A program made the translations under genes and the position numbers. A stretch of DNA of 62,909 nucleotides, filler included, from Octopus bimaculoides (taxonomy: Eukaryota), in NCBI RefSeq assembly GCF_001194135.2. It is 5 parts of 5 records of this genome, joined end to end, with 100 filler letters (N's around TTAATTAATTAA, not from the genome) between each part and the next. Parts side by side here need not be neighbours in the genome. Positions count along the whole stretch, not along the records: positions 1 to 28,502 come from NC_068988.1; 4 more parts are not named here. One strand, given 5' to 3'. The notes under the pieces were generated by a model. The model did no database searches. It saw only the letters and a list, made by a program, of their open reading frames with translations, and was not told the origin of the DNA. Position 1 is the first letter of the stretch. The number at the start of each line of letters is the position of its first letter. Positions 12,070 through 26,171 of this stretch are shown one piece after another.

Positions 12070-13200
12070 TTTGCAATACATCAAGATAGTAAGGTACTTC
12101 TAAAGTGTTCAGGAACTACTTCATTTTGGATTGTAATGATCTCATTGGGCCAGCGACATCAGGAATAACCATTCTGCTTCACTCTCTGAACTTCCACATC
12201 TTGACGATCTCAGTTTCAGGTCTTCACATTTGTTCAATTTCTTTTATTAATTTCATGACAATATGATGACCTCCTTGCATCATCAGGTCAATTGTTAGGA
12301 ACTCTTGCTTTTGTGTCTGGCATTCGGAGCGCTAAGAACGTGTCTATCTTGAAGTCAACGATGTCGCAGGGGATCTTTGCCTACCTGTTTTCGTCGAGTA
12401 TTTGTTCCGGTCTGTGGTGGTTCCAAGCGCTCGTTACTTCGTATCCATATCTGCTGCACAGTAGCCAGTGACGATTTCCTTTTACCTTCGGGATTCCGCA
12501 CTTTTACTGTTTCTGAGAAAGACTTGCCTGCTTTCACCCAAAATTGTGCAGAGGTTTGTTGCACTTGTGTGGCATATATTCATTTTCTCTTGTTTGCTGT
12601 TAAATGGCTCATCCTAGGCAGTGATGATAAGGCTTCCAATCTTTATAAGATCATTATTTTTGAGTAGCACTTATTTTCTCTCGCTGGCTATTCGTGACTG
12701 GCAATCATCAGCACTCTCAACCCCGTTACTGGTAAATTTTTCTGTATAAGCAGCATACTCTAGCAGGTCTTGTTCGCTGTTTACTAAATATTCTGTCATA
12801 GTTCTCCTTTCATTGTCGATGCACTCTCGTACCCTGATAAGGCTGCATCAATCTCTACCATTCTTCATATACAGCTTGTGTATATTCATCTTAGGATGAA
12901 AGACACCTTGCAATGCCATCATCGTTTTGTTATGGCGATCGAGGTGGTGAATCGCCGGTCAGAATAAGTGTACTATTTCAGAATAAGTGTACTATTGTAG
13001 ACTACAGCAAAAGTCTATAGGTTTATGGCAGTCACAAGGTTTCTTGCATTCAGTTTCCATTTGAAGAGAAGTTTGTAATACCTCGTATATGCAATGGAGA
13101 CTTTGTATTTCTTTTCTCTGTGCAATATATTGCCCAGCTTCAGGATACCGAGTTTATTATACCAACCATCATTTGGGTCTCTCGCCCCCTCTGTTTTGTA
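12070..13200 (-). mobile_element. Old, decayed R4/Dong-like element (RT C-terminus to endonuclease)
   Basis: Minus-strand fragments include KLGILKLGNILH..KWKLNARNLVTAIN, LQGVFHPKMNIHKLYMK, IRVRECIDNERR and HWLLCSRYGYEV. Many stops and frameshifts. Confidence 0.7.
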
Positions 13201-13553
13201 ATGATATTTTTTCCTGCAATCTTCTGTTCCCACCATGGTCCGTTACAGTTAAGCATCTAACCGCAGGTGGACTTCCCAATCAGATTAAGAAAAAAAAAAC
13301 AGTATGGCCAAATACACATAGAACTAAATTATATAAATTTGTGTTAATCGTAATTATAATTTAGGATAAGCACAAATATATATAATTTCTACGTATGTGT
13401 GTTTGACCATTGTGTTCCTGTTTCGCTTTTTTTCATTCTTCGTTGGAAATTCTACCTGCAAGCAAGAAGAGTTATATTAAGACGAAATTAGATATGCGTA
13501 AAAGTGTATGTGTGTGAGAGAGAGAGAGAGTGGAAACATGTCTGCAGTTTATG

Positions 13554-13676
<123 letters not shown>

Positions 13677-14829
13677 GTGAGCGTGTGCATATATACATGT
13701 GTGTGTGTATGGATGAATCTATATATATATATACGTATATAACTAATAATATCGAAATAATATCCAAGCCTGACGATTGATCACATCTGTCAATATGAAG
13801 TAACGAGATATATATTTACTCACCTAATTACGAAATCGCGCAAGCATATATACATTTTCCTACATTCAGATGTCACTGAGGCGCACATATTGCAACATCG
13901 CTGAAGCATAGTTCTATTCAAATACAGAAACCGCGATGAATTCACATACGCACATTTGCATTGCTATTTGATTATTTATTTTATTCATAGGTGACGTTGA
14001 AATAATCGGATGCTTATTTGTCACAACGCGGACAATATTTGCTTACATTTCGATGTATAGAAATGAGTCACTCTCTTTCTGACTGTCTCTCTGTCCATGC
14101 ATATATACATAAACAAATACATGCATACACACACGCACACGCACACACACACACAGATACACATATGTGTGTGCGTTAGTTTGTGTACCCGCGTGTTCGC
14201 GAGCGTCACTTTGTGAATATGTATAAATAGAAGAGCAGACATTCTCAGGTAGAAACGTCGATTGATAGATTGACAGAAACTCGCATGCACGTTACTACTA
14301 CAGAAACATTATCTTATATGCACACGCCTTCACAACAGCTAGAAGAATTTCATAGAATCGAGGAGACAATGCCGAAAGGTGATGTAACTATTGATAACAT
14401 AATTTTGTTTTAATATTTTACAAATGCAACAGTTCCTATATTTTTTGTCTTACCCTCGTAGATATATACGTAAATGCATAGACCTTAAATTAGATATATT
14501 TATTTTTGTCTTTGCAGGTGCATATATAATTTGTCCTATTAAATATTATTTTAATTTGATAAATCGAAATACTAAGGAACAATTGCAAAGAAGACATTGA
14601 ATTTGTAAGTGGGTGGTAAACGTAACTAGCCCAATCGTTTTATATCATGAGATTCGTCATAGATTGGTGGAAACATGGTAAATAAATGAACTAAGGTTAT
14701 TATTGCGTAAGAAACACATCTGAGAGAACTTTGTATTCTTTTTAGCGGTGAGATAACAATTAATCCAATATCCTACAGTGTTGGTAACTGTAAATTCTGC
14801 AGATATAGGACCTAGTTCGCTTGTTGAAA

Positions 14830-15445
14830 CTTTCGTAATAAATGATGAGCTCCAAAATATTAAGTTGTGCCAAATGTTTTACAACAAGGAACAACATTGT
14901 TTTCTACGAAGTACGGTCCCCCAAATGCACAATACAGCCCAATATCGGAAGTTTTACTTATTCACGCTGCCTCGTCACTGAACAACACAAGGGTTGCATG
15001 GGGGATATGTTGCTGAATTTCCAAACACATTGCACTGCGAGTTCCAAAGTCATTTTCAGTGCGTTCTTGTGCCAAAACCATTTTCTATGGATGCATTTGC
15101 ATTTCCTTGTGAAGAAATATTCGCGAACTTCTTTCGGAAAGCCTAATAGATCCGGCGTGTTTCAGTGCAGAATGTTATGGACAATCTTGAACTGAAGTAT
15201 TTACCGATCTCATGTTTTCCGAAGTCCTGGCAGTCCGAGGTCGGCCGGTTGATTTTTGCTTCAATGCCGATCCATTAACTCTTAAGTTAGTAATCCAAAA
15301 CCAATATCGTGTTTCGACTAGGTAAGCGATCATGCCTACCAAGCCTGAAGTTCACGTGGAACAGTCTTTGAGTTGCAGTTACAGATTCATTGTTCTTGGT
15401 AAACATTTCCACAATGAAAGCGCGATGCTCGCCCGTCCAATGCAT
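14830..15445 (-). pseudogene. Tc1/mariner-superfamily transposase remnant (DUF4817-type N-terminus)
   Basis: From the ATG at 15445: MHWTGEHRAFIVEMFTKNNESVTATQRLF..KSTGRPRTARTSEN..KEMQMHP*KMVLAQE..VLFSDEAA..NFRYWA, then GPYFVE. Internal deletions and stops. Confidence 0.8.
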
Positions 15446-15603
15446 TTTGGCAGCGGAAAACGAAAGGAAAAAATGTCACAAATGACACCAATCGAAACAA
15501 AATGACATTATATGAATATTTAGACAATAAAAGTACATTTTGCGGTCTTTACTCTATTTCACATTTATTAAACCTATAGATGTGTCTGATCTTCTTGTTG
15601 CAC

Positions 15604-15637
<34 letters not shown>

Positions 15638-15801
15638 NNNNNNNNNNNNNNNNNNNNNNNNNNNNNNNNNNNNNNNNNNNNNNNNNNNNNNNNNNNNNNN
15701 NNNNNNNNNNNNNNNNNNNNNNNNNNNNNNNNNNNNNNNNNNNNNNNNNNNNNNNNNNNNNNNNNNNNNNNNNNNNNNNNNNNNNATATATATATATATA
15801 T

Positions 15802-16128
15802 AGGAGCACTCTGTCGGTTACGACGACGAGGGTCCCAGCTGATATGATCAATGGAACAGCTTGCTCGTCAAATTAACGTGAAAGTGGCTGAGCAATCCAC
15901 AGACACGTGTACCCTTAGCGTAATTATCAGGGAGATTGAGCGTGCCATAGGGTATGACAAGGCTGGCCCTTTGAAAAACAGGTACTACTCATTTTTGTCA
16001 GCTGAGTGGACTGGAACAACGTGAAATAAAGTGTCTTGCTCAAGGACAAAACGCGTCGGCGGGAATTGAACTCACGACCATACAATCGTGAGTCGAATAC
16101 CCCTAACCACTAAGCCTCACGCCTTCAC
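15802..16128 (-). mobile_element. tRNA-derived SINE
   Basis: Minus-strand head GTGAAGGCGTGAGGCTTAGTGGTTAGGG...GAGTTCAATTCCCG carries A and B boxes, followed by a CORE-like TGTCCTTGAGCAAGACACTTTATTTCAC. Same head as 56270-56616. Confidence 0.8.
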
Positions 16129-18519
16129 TATATTTATATATATTAAGAGTGACTGGGAGAGAGGTGGGAGTAAGATTCGAGAAACCTAAGATTCTATAGG
16201 AAATTATAAGGTCATAAGTATGAAAGACGTTGTAGTTAGTTAATACATTGTCATGTATTTTTAAGGAAATGCACACCTCAAAGTACATCTTGAATTTAGT
16301 AGGTTAGGCTTCTGTTTATACCCGTAGAATTTTCTAATCCACAGCACTAACACATTTGCCAATTAATGTAGGTAAGATCTGATTCAAATATAGATTACTA
16401 ATATGCACATGAGGATATATTTTTCTTTGAACATGCAAATGTCATTTCAAAGTGGTAATAATTTTTTTCAAATTCATGACAGCACTTGCCTCTATGCTCA
16501 GAATATCGGGTTTGTATGAATCCACGTCAAGGCTTAGATGACATTTTGTATGAAAATTGTTAATGGTAATGGAAAGGATGGCACAAATGAAACAATATTC
16601 TACAGCAAACGAAATAATTGTCCATGCCGAGAGTTACAACTGTAGAGAAATTCATTAACGAAGGAATATTTTGTTATAGGCACATATGTAATGAAATCAT
16701 TTATGTAATTGTAATATACATTTTAAACTATAGCCAAATAAAAATTTCATGGAACATATAGCTACTAAAGAAGTGTTTGTTGAATACATTTATAGGACTG
16801 GTAATATTTGTTATCACACTGAAAACTACGATACGCTATTTTATTTTCCCCTACTTGGTATGTCTTGTATTATATCACACATGGAGAGATATCAGTGTAA
16901 CCTCTTTTAAGACAGCTTCAGCTCTGAGTGTAGTTATGAGATGCAGCAACACATTTAACTAACTTTTAATTTCGAAAATGATTTCGGTTACCTTTTCCGC
17001 AGTATTACGTACATCTCTTTTTTTTTATAGTTGTTGTAAGTAATTGACGTTACAATCAGAGTAATGTTTAAAATGTTTTCTACGTAAGTATCTCTTCTTA
17101 CAGTAAGTTTAAATCCAAAACTTCTAAAAGATGTAATAATTTGTGTCTGAGTCGTAATATTGCTATTTTTTATTGGACCGACGTAGAATTTTTCTATATC
17201 TTGCTATATACCTAGCATGTAACGAATCCTATATCTACTGCCTTTTTCCCAATATACATTACATACTTATATATTGCCGTGTGACATAATAGAAAGAGGT
17301 TCTCGAATTCACACAATATTTTTTTAACTGAGTAGTGTAATGTCAGATATAAAAAATAAAGAAGAGGCTCCGAAAGATGACAGTCGAAAAGCATTTATTT
17401 ATGACTCCGCTGTTCTGTCATGGAATCATGGTAACAGCAGCTGTTCTGTCATGGTATCATTAAGTAGAACATTTGCCGGGTGACTGACTGACGGACAAAA
17501 TGCTTTAAGGTGTACAGTGAAGTATATCTGTAGTACAAAATACTGCCGAAGTCAGCTACTTCGGGGTTGATCAATATCTAAACTAATTTTCACCCAAAAT
17601 ATGGTACCTGGCCTGTCTAAACGTAAGAAAGAAATACACTAAATTATATTAAAACATTCCAATATATTAATTTATTTCTTTGTAATATTTAACGATCAGA
17701 TTTCAGACTTTAATTATTTGGTCCTATTAATCTGGCCAGTAAAATTTCATCATTAAATTATCATAATTCAACATGCAAACATATAAGGAATACGTCACAT
17801 CTATAGAGTTTAAACAATGCCTTATTGATAATAGTCGTGTCTTATTGTGGGATAAACATTACGCATAAACATTTGTTGTAATGTTCAATAATGACCTGAT
17901 TTTAAAGTCGTAAATATAAACTCACCTACTGTCGAAATATAAATATAAATTATATATTTACTTAAAAATAAACAATCTGTATTCCCTACGCGCATGCAAA
18001 TAATATATATTTGCAAGTTACTTTATTACTCAAACATTAATTTGAAATATGTATTTTAGTTACTAAATTTTACTAATCCCGCTTTTCAAAATAGTCTAAT
18101 TCCTTCCGCACATTTCATATCCAGTTTTTTTTTATCTCTTTCTGAGCTATTTCTATGCTCTCCGCCACTTTCTTTGTAATTCCTAGCAACCATTTTCTAT
18201 ACATTTCTACAAAATCGTAATTTTTTTTTCTGTTTATTGATAAGTTTATAAAAGAATGTTATCATATATAAGTCATACAGAAGCCAAATTTTGACATTCT
18301 GCGTCACATGTATGCACCAAAATATGAGTGCGTACACCTTTTACTACGATCACACACACACTTTGAGAAACAAATGCATGCGCACACTGATACACATGTA
18401 ACACTCATATGCACTCACATACATCAGTTTCTGTACAGTGTTTACCAAATTATTTTGATGAGTCAAACGACGCAGAATTAAATGCATGTACTTGAAGGAT
18501 TTTAACTGATGACACACTT

Positions 18520-18715
18520 AGTCTATAGCTCTCTCGGATTATTACTTACTCGATACATGGCTCACTTCCTGCGCTCGCGACTCTTCATCAATCAAGACGA
18601 GATGGAAGCTTCAGAGCAGGAGTTCTTCGCCATGAAGGACATGAACTGGTATCAGCGTGGGCTGAATATATGCAAAGAACTGGCTGAATGATGGCTTCAT
18701 ACGGTGCAAAAACTT
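18520..18715 (+). pseudogene. Mariner transposase C-terminal fragment
   Basis: YMAHFLRSRLFINQDEMEASEQEFFAMKDMNWYQRG...KELAE*WLHTV matches the mariner C-terminal pattern (SMAHFL.GR.F.N..E.......FF..K...WY..GI..L..RW). Confidence 0.8.
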
Positions 18716-19503
18716 CTAATTTACATGTCACTCAACTTTGATTGTAACTAGAATGAAGGAAGTAAGTTACTAAAATATTGCAAAACATTTGACTCAACAC
18801 AATACTTTCCAACTCCAGGTGAATTTATTTGTGATGCAACCATTCCCATACCAATTGTAACTATGATACAAATACTCATTAATTAGAAAACTTGTCTAAC
18901 ATCAGCAGTATGATTAATATAATTCCTAAGGTATAATTATCCAATTATTACGCTGTAATTGTCAAATACTAAAGGTAATAATTGTCTAATAATAATTCGT
19001 AACTAGTTGGCTATTGTGGATGAAAACTTCAAACACGTACGTGCAAAACGACGAAATCAATAAAAGCACTATTAAAACGTAACTATATTATAGTCACTGT
19101 GACTATCACAGTTATTATCCTTCGCACTTGGCTTTTATGTCAGCGAAAATGCAAGAATTAACATATTTTAATAACAAGACAACCTACTACTAAGAAACAT
19201 AACATTGCTCTGAATATATATATATATATATATATANNNNNNNNNNNNNNNNNNNNNNNNNNNNNNNNNNNNNNNNNNNNATATATATATTATCATTAAT
19301 AAATCTTAGTGTATTTCTTTGTACTATGATTAATAAAAGAACTCAAGATGTTGATTCAATCTGTGAATGCATGTTTCGTTTGGAATAACCTCTTGTATTT
19401 TGTTACATTTGCTGATGAAATTAGTGCAACGTTAAGCACAGACTCAAACAGTAACATAAACATGGTGACAAATGCTCTTCTTGCAATGTCGTGGTATATC
19501 AAA

Positions 19504-19719
19504 GGCTGTGAGCTGGCAGAAAGGTTAGCACGGCGGGCGAAATGCTTAGCGGTATTTCGTCTGTCTTTACGTTCTGAGTTCAAATACCACCGAGGTCGAC
19601 TTTGCCTCTCATCCTTTTGGGGTCGATAAATTAAGTACCAGTTGCGTACTGGGCTCGATCTAATCGACTGGCCCTTTACCCCAAATTTCGGTTATTGTTC
19701 CTAGAGTAGAAAAGAATAT
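19504..19719 (+). mobile_element. tRNA-derived SINE with a MetaSINE-like central domain, full length
   Basis: GGCTGTGAGCTGGCAGAA..GTTAGC..GAGTTCAAAT..GTCGACTTTGCC(T)CTCATCCTTT.GGGGTCGATAAATTAAGTACCAGT..GTAGAAAAGAATAT. Recurs at 38767, 40380, 45873, 46031 and 51463. Confidence 0.85.
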
Positions 19720-20695
19720 CGTGGTGTATCAGCAAATTCTCGAAAACGAACTTATAGGTGACTAAATTTTCTCTATCTCGCAAATGCTTTTAAGAAAATA
19801 TGTTTAGCGCTTATTGATATGTTGCGGAATGTGTAGCAAAAGGTTTTCTTCATGGTTCAATGTACGGTGTCGTGTTTAGTAGATCGAGATAGGCGTGTTG
19901 GACGACATCAAAGTAAAACAATGAGCAAAGCATCGGAATGTAGTTTAAATAATTTATGTGATCAGCTCTTGCATTTCCGTGTTGGATACACAAAGAAAGT
20001 CGCTACATGAAGTTACTAGCTGCTTCGAGTTGGCGAAGTAAAAAAAATACAAGAGAAATAGTATGTCGATATGATGAGAAAGTACACGGCATATTTTGTG
20101 TCTGTGTGTGCGCTGGTCATTTGGTGAGGTCATGTTGCTTTCCTCTCCTGTCTGTTCATGTTACGCTACTATGTTGTGTCGTTGTTTATCATTGTTGGTT
20201 CATGCCGACTATGTAACTCTTTGTTGGCTGAATGATTATGGCAGCTCTCTACTCCTCTGTCGTGTGTTTGATTGTATTTATAATGGCCATCCGAGCGAGA
20301 AGAACAGACATACCATAGAAGTAGTTTCTAATTATCTAGGTAACTTACCGTCTAGTTGAACCTTCAGTGACACCTCTCAGTTCTGAGGTTGAATGGAAAT
20401 CCATCCATCACTTTTTTGACAGGACAAAGAAAATTATTTCCCGCCTGTTCGGCCAGTGGTGGATCAGGCGAGCGAGAATCCTTAGATTCGGTTTCGAATC
20501 TCAGCTCTTAAAATGAAGTGTTAATTTTTTGTACTACAATAGAAGATAAAACGAAGATATATCTGTAGCAAAGAGGTGAAATTAGAAAAGAAGATTGGTC
20601 ATCAAATTACTATGAAAATTGGCACTGAACAAAGAATTTAAATATCTCTGTTCTTGACGGGGTTAGTGCTTAGTAATAGAGTGACTGAGCGATTG

Positions 20696-20813
20696 TTCTT
20701 TAGACGGGGTCACCAATTTGTAATGGCCGTGGTTGCGTGTTCTAAGTCCCGTCAACAATTTATAATAGCCGTTGATAGGTGTTCTAAGTCAGGTCACCAA
20801 TTTGTAACGACCT
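20696..20813. repeat. Three degenerate ~43-bp tandem units
   Basis: Units begin GTTCT(T/A)..GTCA(C/A)CAATTT(G/A)TAA..GCCGT. Confidence 0.65.
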
Positions 20814-21009
20814 TGCGATGCGAGGTTACGAGAAATGCTTTTTTGTACCCCATCACAAAGCCGTTACAATAAAGAGAAATTGAATCGAACAGTTGGAAAG
20901 TGACACAAGAGCATAAGTATGATTAAGAAAACATTTATTGATATGATATGTGCGTCTGTGTGTGCGTCATGTATACAGAATAATTGACAGACCAACGTGA
21001 GAACAAAAC

Positions 21010-21052
<43 letters not shown>

Positions 21053-21930
21053 CATATATGTATGCGCGTGTGTTAAGTACATTTGAGGATGACGATACCA
21101 AGAAGACATTGGAAGGATCTATAATCCATCGAAATGAGAAGTAGGTTCATAGAATGAAGAAAGATAATAATACCAGTTCGTAGTCAGTCATATACAGTAG
21201 TTGAAATGCTGTATCAAAAAGTCGCGGCTACGATGCTGAGCCGGTTACATGTACATGTTGTACGTTAAGTCGTGGATGTGATGCTTCTGCCTGGTCACTT
21301 GATACAAGAGTTCATGCAGGTTGTATATTCGCTGTTGATACGTAGTGAAATAATTCACGTACAATGAACTGTTGGAAACTGGCTGAATACCTTGCAGAGC
21401 TGTGTAGGTAAAGATATGATGTTGACGACGTTAAGGACTTGATGGTGACAACGAAGAATGAGGTTACCATAATGCTGTTGAACGAAGTTGGAAAGTCTCA
21501 ACGTATCTTATGTGGTAGTGATAGTCGTCGCTGGAACTGGCTGTGTCTTTGTGGCCAGTGACTAGAAGTTAAACTCCAAAGACGTGGAACAAAGAAAAGC
21601 TGAGTCTGTTATAAGGAGCCGTAAGCTAAAACTGGGTAGAATTATGTAAGTTGTCCTACATGATTCTATTTAGAGCCTCTGACCGGTTATACGCGACAAG
21701 TTGGTACAACACCGAGTAGGAGACAAATTGTGCCAATACCAACCAATCAGATTAGTGGACACAATGTAATCCAAGTAGCGGCCAGAGGCTAGCTGTTCTT
21801 TGCTACGTTTGAATGCACGTATATATATAATTAATAGGAAAGAGGAATTTTACCAGATTCTACGCTATAGATAGGTTTTAACATGACAATATTGTGGTTT
21901 GCGTTTCTTAGCATTGATGTCTAATACAAA

Positions 21931-22085
21931 AGCTGACAGAATCGTTAGCGACCCGAAAATTCTTAACAGCATTTCTTTCACGTTTACATCCTGAGTTTAA
22001 ATGTTGTTGGGGTCCTTTAGACGTTTCCTCGGTGTGGGATCGATAAAAAAATTTTGTTCGAGCACTGAAATGTAGGTACTCGATT
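21931..22085 (+). mobile_element. Degenerate copy of the 19504-type SINE
   Basis: GCTGACAGAATCGTTAGC..CTGAGTTTAAAT..GGGATCGATAAA. Confidence 0.55.
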
Positions 22086-22680
22086 TAAAACTTCTCTAAA
22101 ATGTGTTAGCAGTGTTCCAAATTTGGAAGACATCAAAGTGATTTTATGAAACCATGAAATGCTTCAATTATTGATTAATGTATGAGCGAAATTCGAATGA
22201 TTTCATCAAATTTGTCGATTTTTTAAATAATGAGAAAATTGTGTTGCAACACATTATAGCAAATGTTATTTGTTTTCCCGATAGTTTGGTTCTCTCGTTT
22301 GTTCCCTAGCTCTTTACCCGTAATAAAAGAAGACACTTAGTTTGTGATTCATCGAAACAGTGTTTATATACTCCAAGTGACTTTTATTATGATGAATGAA
22401 ACTTTGAAAGTGCGGAGTAGGATTATATTTCAGCGAATAAGTGTAACTTCAGAAAACAACTGTAGTTCTATTTACTCTGTTCTTTCGTTTCCTTTTAAAT
22501 CTCCAATTATTACTTCGTTTTTGTATTTGACGCTATATATTTCCATCTACTTCCTCAACGTATCCTTAATTCCTTGTATTTCCTTGTGTTCCTTCGTGTT
22601 CCTTTATTTTGCCAATTCTTACTTCGATTTTGTATTTAGTTTGCAAGATTCTTGATGCGAATTTGTGAGTTGAAACAAAT

Positions 22681-22998
22681 CCTTTTGTGCTTTGGGAGGG
22701 TGATTATATCAATTGCAACAAACATACATACGGTTTCATATCACTACTTAGTTGTTAGTCATTCGGTTAAATAACTAATCAACTACCTAACCGAGTATTT
22801 GTTTATTGTATTAATTGATCAACCGACGACGAAAGGACATTGACATACACATAAACAAATGATAGTTTCACTAACACATACGGTTGATGAGTTAATGGGT
22901 CACATATTTAACCAACTGGCAGATAGTTATGAAGTGATATTGAAGCACTACGTGTGTTTATTACCATTAGCATAATCACCCTCCCAAAACACAGAAGG
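22681..22998. mobile_element. MITE-like element with ~25-bp TIRs
   Basis: CCTTTTGTGCTTTGGGAGGGTGATTAT ... ATAATCACCCTCCCAAAACACAGAAGG, flanked by AT on both sides. Weaker internal inverted similarity (ATATCACT..GGTTAAATA). Confidence 0.75.
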
Positions 22999-25739
22999 AT
23001 ATTGAATTTTATGTCGCATTATTATAGATCAGAGGCTTTAATTACTCTTTCGTGTAAACAATACCGTTTTGTCAGTGTATTTCAATAATTCATCTAAATT
23101 GGCCTCTAGAACGCTTACACTACTAATTCTTTATCTCTTACTCTGTCCATTGCGCCTTGGTGTAAAAGAATTATATTACCATATTACCACTCCTCCCCAC
23201 TTCTCTTACCTTTCAACATATTTTCTCCCTCTTTAGACTTAATGTCATTTATAAAAACTCCCAACTTTTTCCCATATGGGCAATCTACTCTCTATTACAT
23301 TCATTGTTCATTTGGCCAAAATACTTTTTCTGCTTTGAATTTGACATTCGTGTTGTGGTTCAGTTTTGTAATATATTTCTTTCATCTTCACGTGGCAATG
23401 TAAACATCCTATATATAATGGGACATGAAGATAAGCTAAGCAGTTTTATGTAGGATATAAGTTATGTAGGAGACATTATTTTAGCTGTGAAATGATCGTA
23501 ATTTCTGTATTTAGATGTTCCATCGCTTACATATGTGTGTGTGATTGTCTTTGTGTTTGTGTGTGTTTCTGTATGTGTGCGCGGGTGTAAGTGGGTTTAT
23601 GCACTTGGGTGTGCGTGTGTTTGTGTGTTGTAAACGTTTGAAAGTGTTATAGTCTGACACATGCGCTATGAAACACATGACATTTAAATATGCGTTGAAT
23701 TATGATATATATTTAACACACAAATACGCATTTGTGAGCAAGTGCAAATGCATGAATCATTATTCGTTTTATACATAGTGCGACAAAGAGATTTCGTGGT
23801 ATATTTACAGCCTCATCACTAACGCTCTATCTCTGTGAGCTCAATATGACTTGGTGTATATGAGGTGCTTACGTTCATTTCATATTAGACTTTCTAATCT
23901 ACTAACCTCAGTATTTCTTTGTAATTTAAGCTCAAGATTAATAATTGTGTTGTGACATGCTTAGTTTATACAAGTACTTAACCTGTACTATATGTTATTA
24001 ACACAGGAGCGACGAAAGGGAACAGTCCCAGGGGGTGGATAGGAACTTAAGAGGGAAAGAACGAGATGAAAACGTATTTTAATAATCGCACTTTTAATAA
24101 TCGTACTATAGACGCGAAGCCTGCAAAGTTTGTGGAAGTGACTAGTCGATAACAGAAAGGCAAAGAGGAGAATTTAAACTTAAAGCGTAAAGACGGTCCA
24201 GATGACCCTAAAACCTATTATCTAGCATGCTAAGAATCCTGTCACGTCCATGCTTTAATTACAATCGTAAATTTTAGAATACGGCCATATTAATAGGACG
24301 TAATAACACTGAGATATATTTCCTGATACGCCATCCAGTTTTCTATTAGTATTTTCTTTTATATGTCACTTCAGAGCATACCATAATCTATTTGGGAGAC
24401 ACTTCTAAGCATGCAGAGATATGCTTCTGGAGAAGTCATGCTAAGTAATCTATAATGAACACACAAACACACACATCCACACGCATATACACACACATAT
24501 ACACACACACACGCAAAAACGCACATGCATGATTGAATTGTTATTGCTAAAATCTTAACTACTTCATAACAAATCAATAATCACAGACCAGATTTGTATT
24601 TTAATTTTACTAAAATAATTTTGCTTTGAAAACACCACTGCTGGCGTCAGAATACACATTGAATATCTAATTACAAAAATATTCTGCCTCACATTATGTG
24701 AAGTGTTCTTTTAATACATTTAATTATACGGTTAATTAAAATACTTCAAATCTTCTTTGTATTTCGCACAATTTCTATTGACGTGTTCTTTTATATATTT
24801 CGTTGCAATATTTCCTTATGCTTTTTCTAGAATGTATAGTTTCCTTTTATAAATGTAAATCATCCCTTTGATATCGAATGCATGGTTGAAAATTGAATGG
24901 ACTTAATCATTCCGTAAATGCAAATAATTAACTAGAAATAATGTACGCTGTAATTTGATACATCCATTGTATTTCTTATCTTATCTTTAGTTTTCCTGAT
25001 TGTCTCAGTCACACGTTTCAGTGCAGGTTGCTCCATAACATTTAAAATCCGATTTAATATTTTTTAATGATTTCTCACATACAAGTCATAATATCAGTTG
25101 GTAGTTCTAGAAACAATGTTTTTAATATGCAAAATTAGAAGTCAGAAACATAAATTCAATTTTGATTTATAACAATGTTATATCATATACAAAAAGTAGG
25201 TGAGATGTGCGTAGCATTAAGACTGGAAGTATATTTCTATCTTACAAAATATATTAGATATAATTTAGAATTGAATCTGTCATGACAGATTGCTTGAAGT
25301 TTGATTGCTTATTTTTGTTAACTTAATTTTGAGCATTGTTTTTACTTATATCAAATATACTATAAATATATCACAATGCACTTCTTTAGTGCGTCTATAA
25401 CCTAAGTGAACTTATATATTATTTCAGATATGCTATATGCCGCTTCAGGCAAACCATTATACAAAACGTTTTTGTTCTTATCTTTCAAATTCTGTTTTGC
25501 AAAACATTTTAATAGGATTTCGATTTTCCAGTGCTGCGGCAATGTAATACATCTATACGACTTACTCAAATTGGTATAAGTGCAATATTCATTAAAACCA
25601 CTAGGCAGTGTTTCCATTAGTCACTTCAAGATTTTCCCTCTAAACTTATATTGGCGCAAAGTTTGTTCCTAGATATTAATTTATTTGACCAACGGTTATT
25701 AAAGTTTCTTATTCCTAACTGAATTCTGAATTAAAATTT

Positions 25740-25816
25740 TGGCACAAGGTCAGCAATTTCGAGGGAGAGCGTAAGTCGATCACATCGACTCCAGTGCTCA
25801 ACTGGTGCCTATTTTA
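25740..25816 (-). mobile_element. 3' fragment of the 19504-type SINE
   Basis: GGCACAAGG..AATTTCG..AAGTCGAT.ACATCGAC.CCAGTGCTCAACTGGT. Confidence 0.6.
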
Positions 25817-26104
25817 TATATATATATATATCATTGGCAAATGGTGAACTATAAGATTGTTATATCCAAGTACCTGATGACTCGCTTTCTCATTCATTAC
25901 TGTATTATAACGGTTGCATTAACAAGCAGAATCGGTCCCAGACAACTTCTTGGCATTTAGTTTGACGAAGACTGATTTTTCTTCCTGTTCTCGTGTTCGA
26001 GGTATCTCGGTGTAATATTCATTGCAAATTGTACACACACAAACACACACACACACACACAACACACACACATGCACTCACGCTCACTCACTCACCTATA
26101 TATA

Positions 26105-26139
26105 TATATGCATATATATAATAACTCAGGAGGTGTCTT

Positions 26140-26171
<32 letters not shown>

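Noticed and set aside
19840-21800. GC-richer blocks (19840-20330 and 21110-21800) that might be solo LTRs
   Set aside because: No TG...CA ends, target duplication, second copy or coding remnant could be identified.
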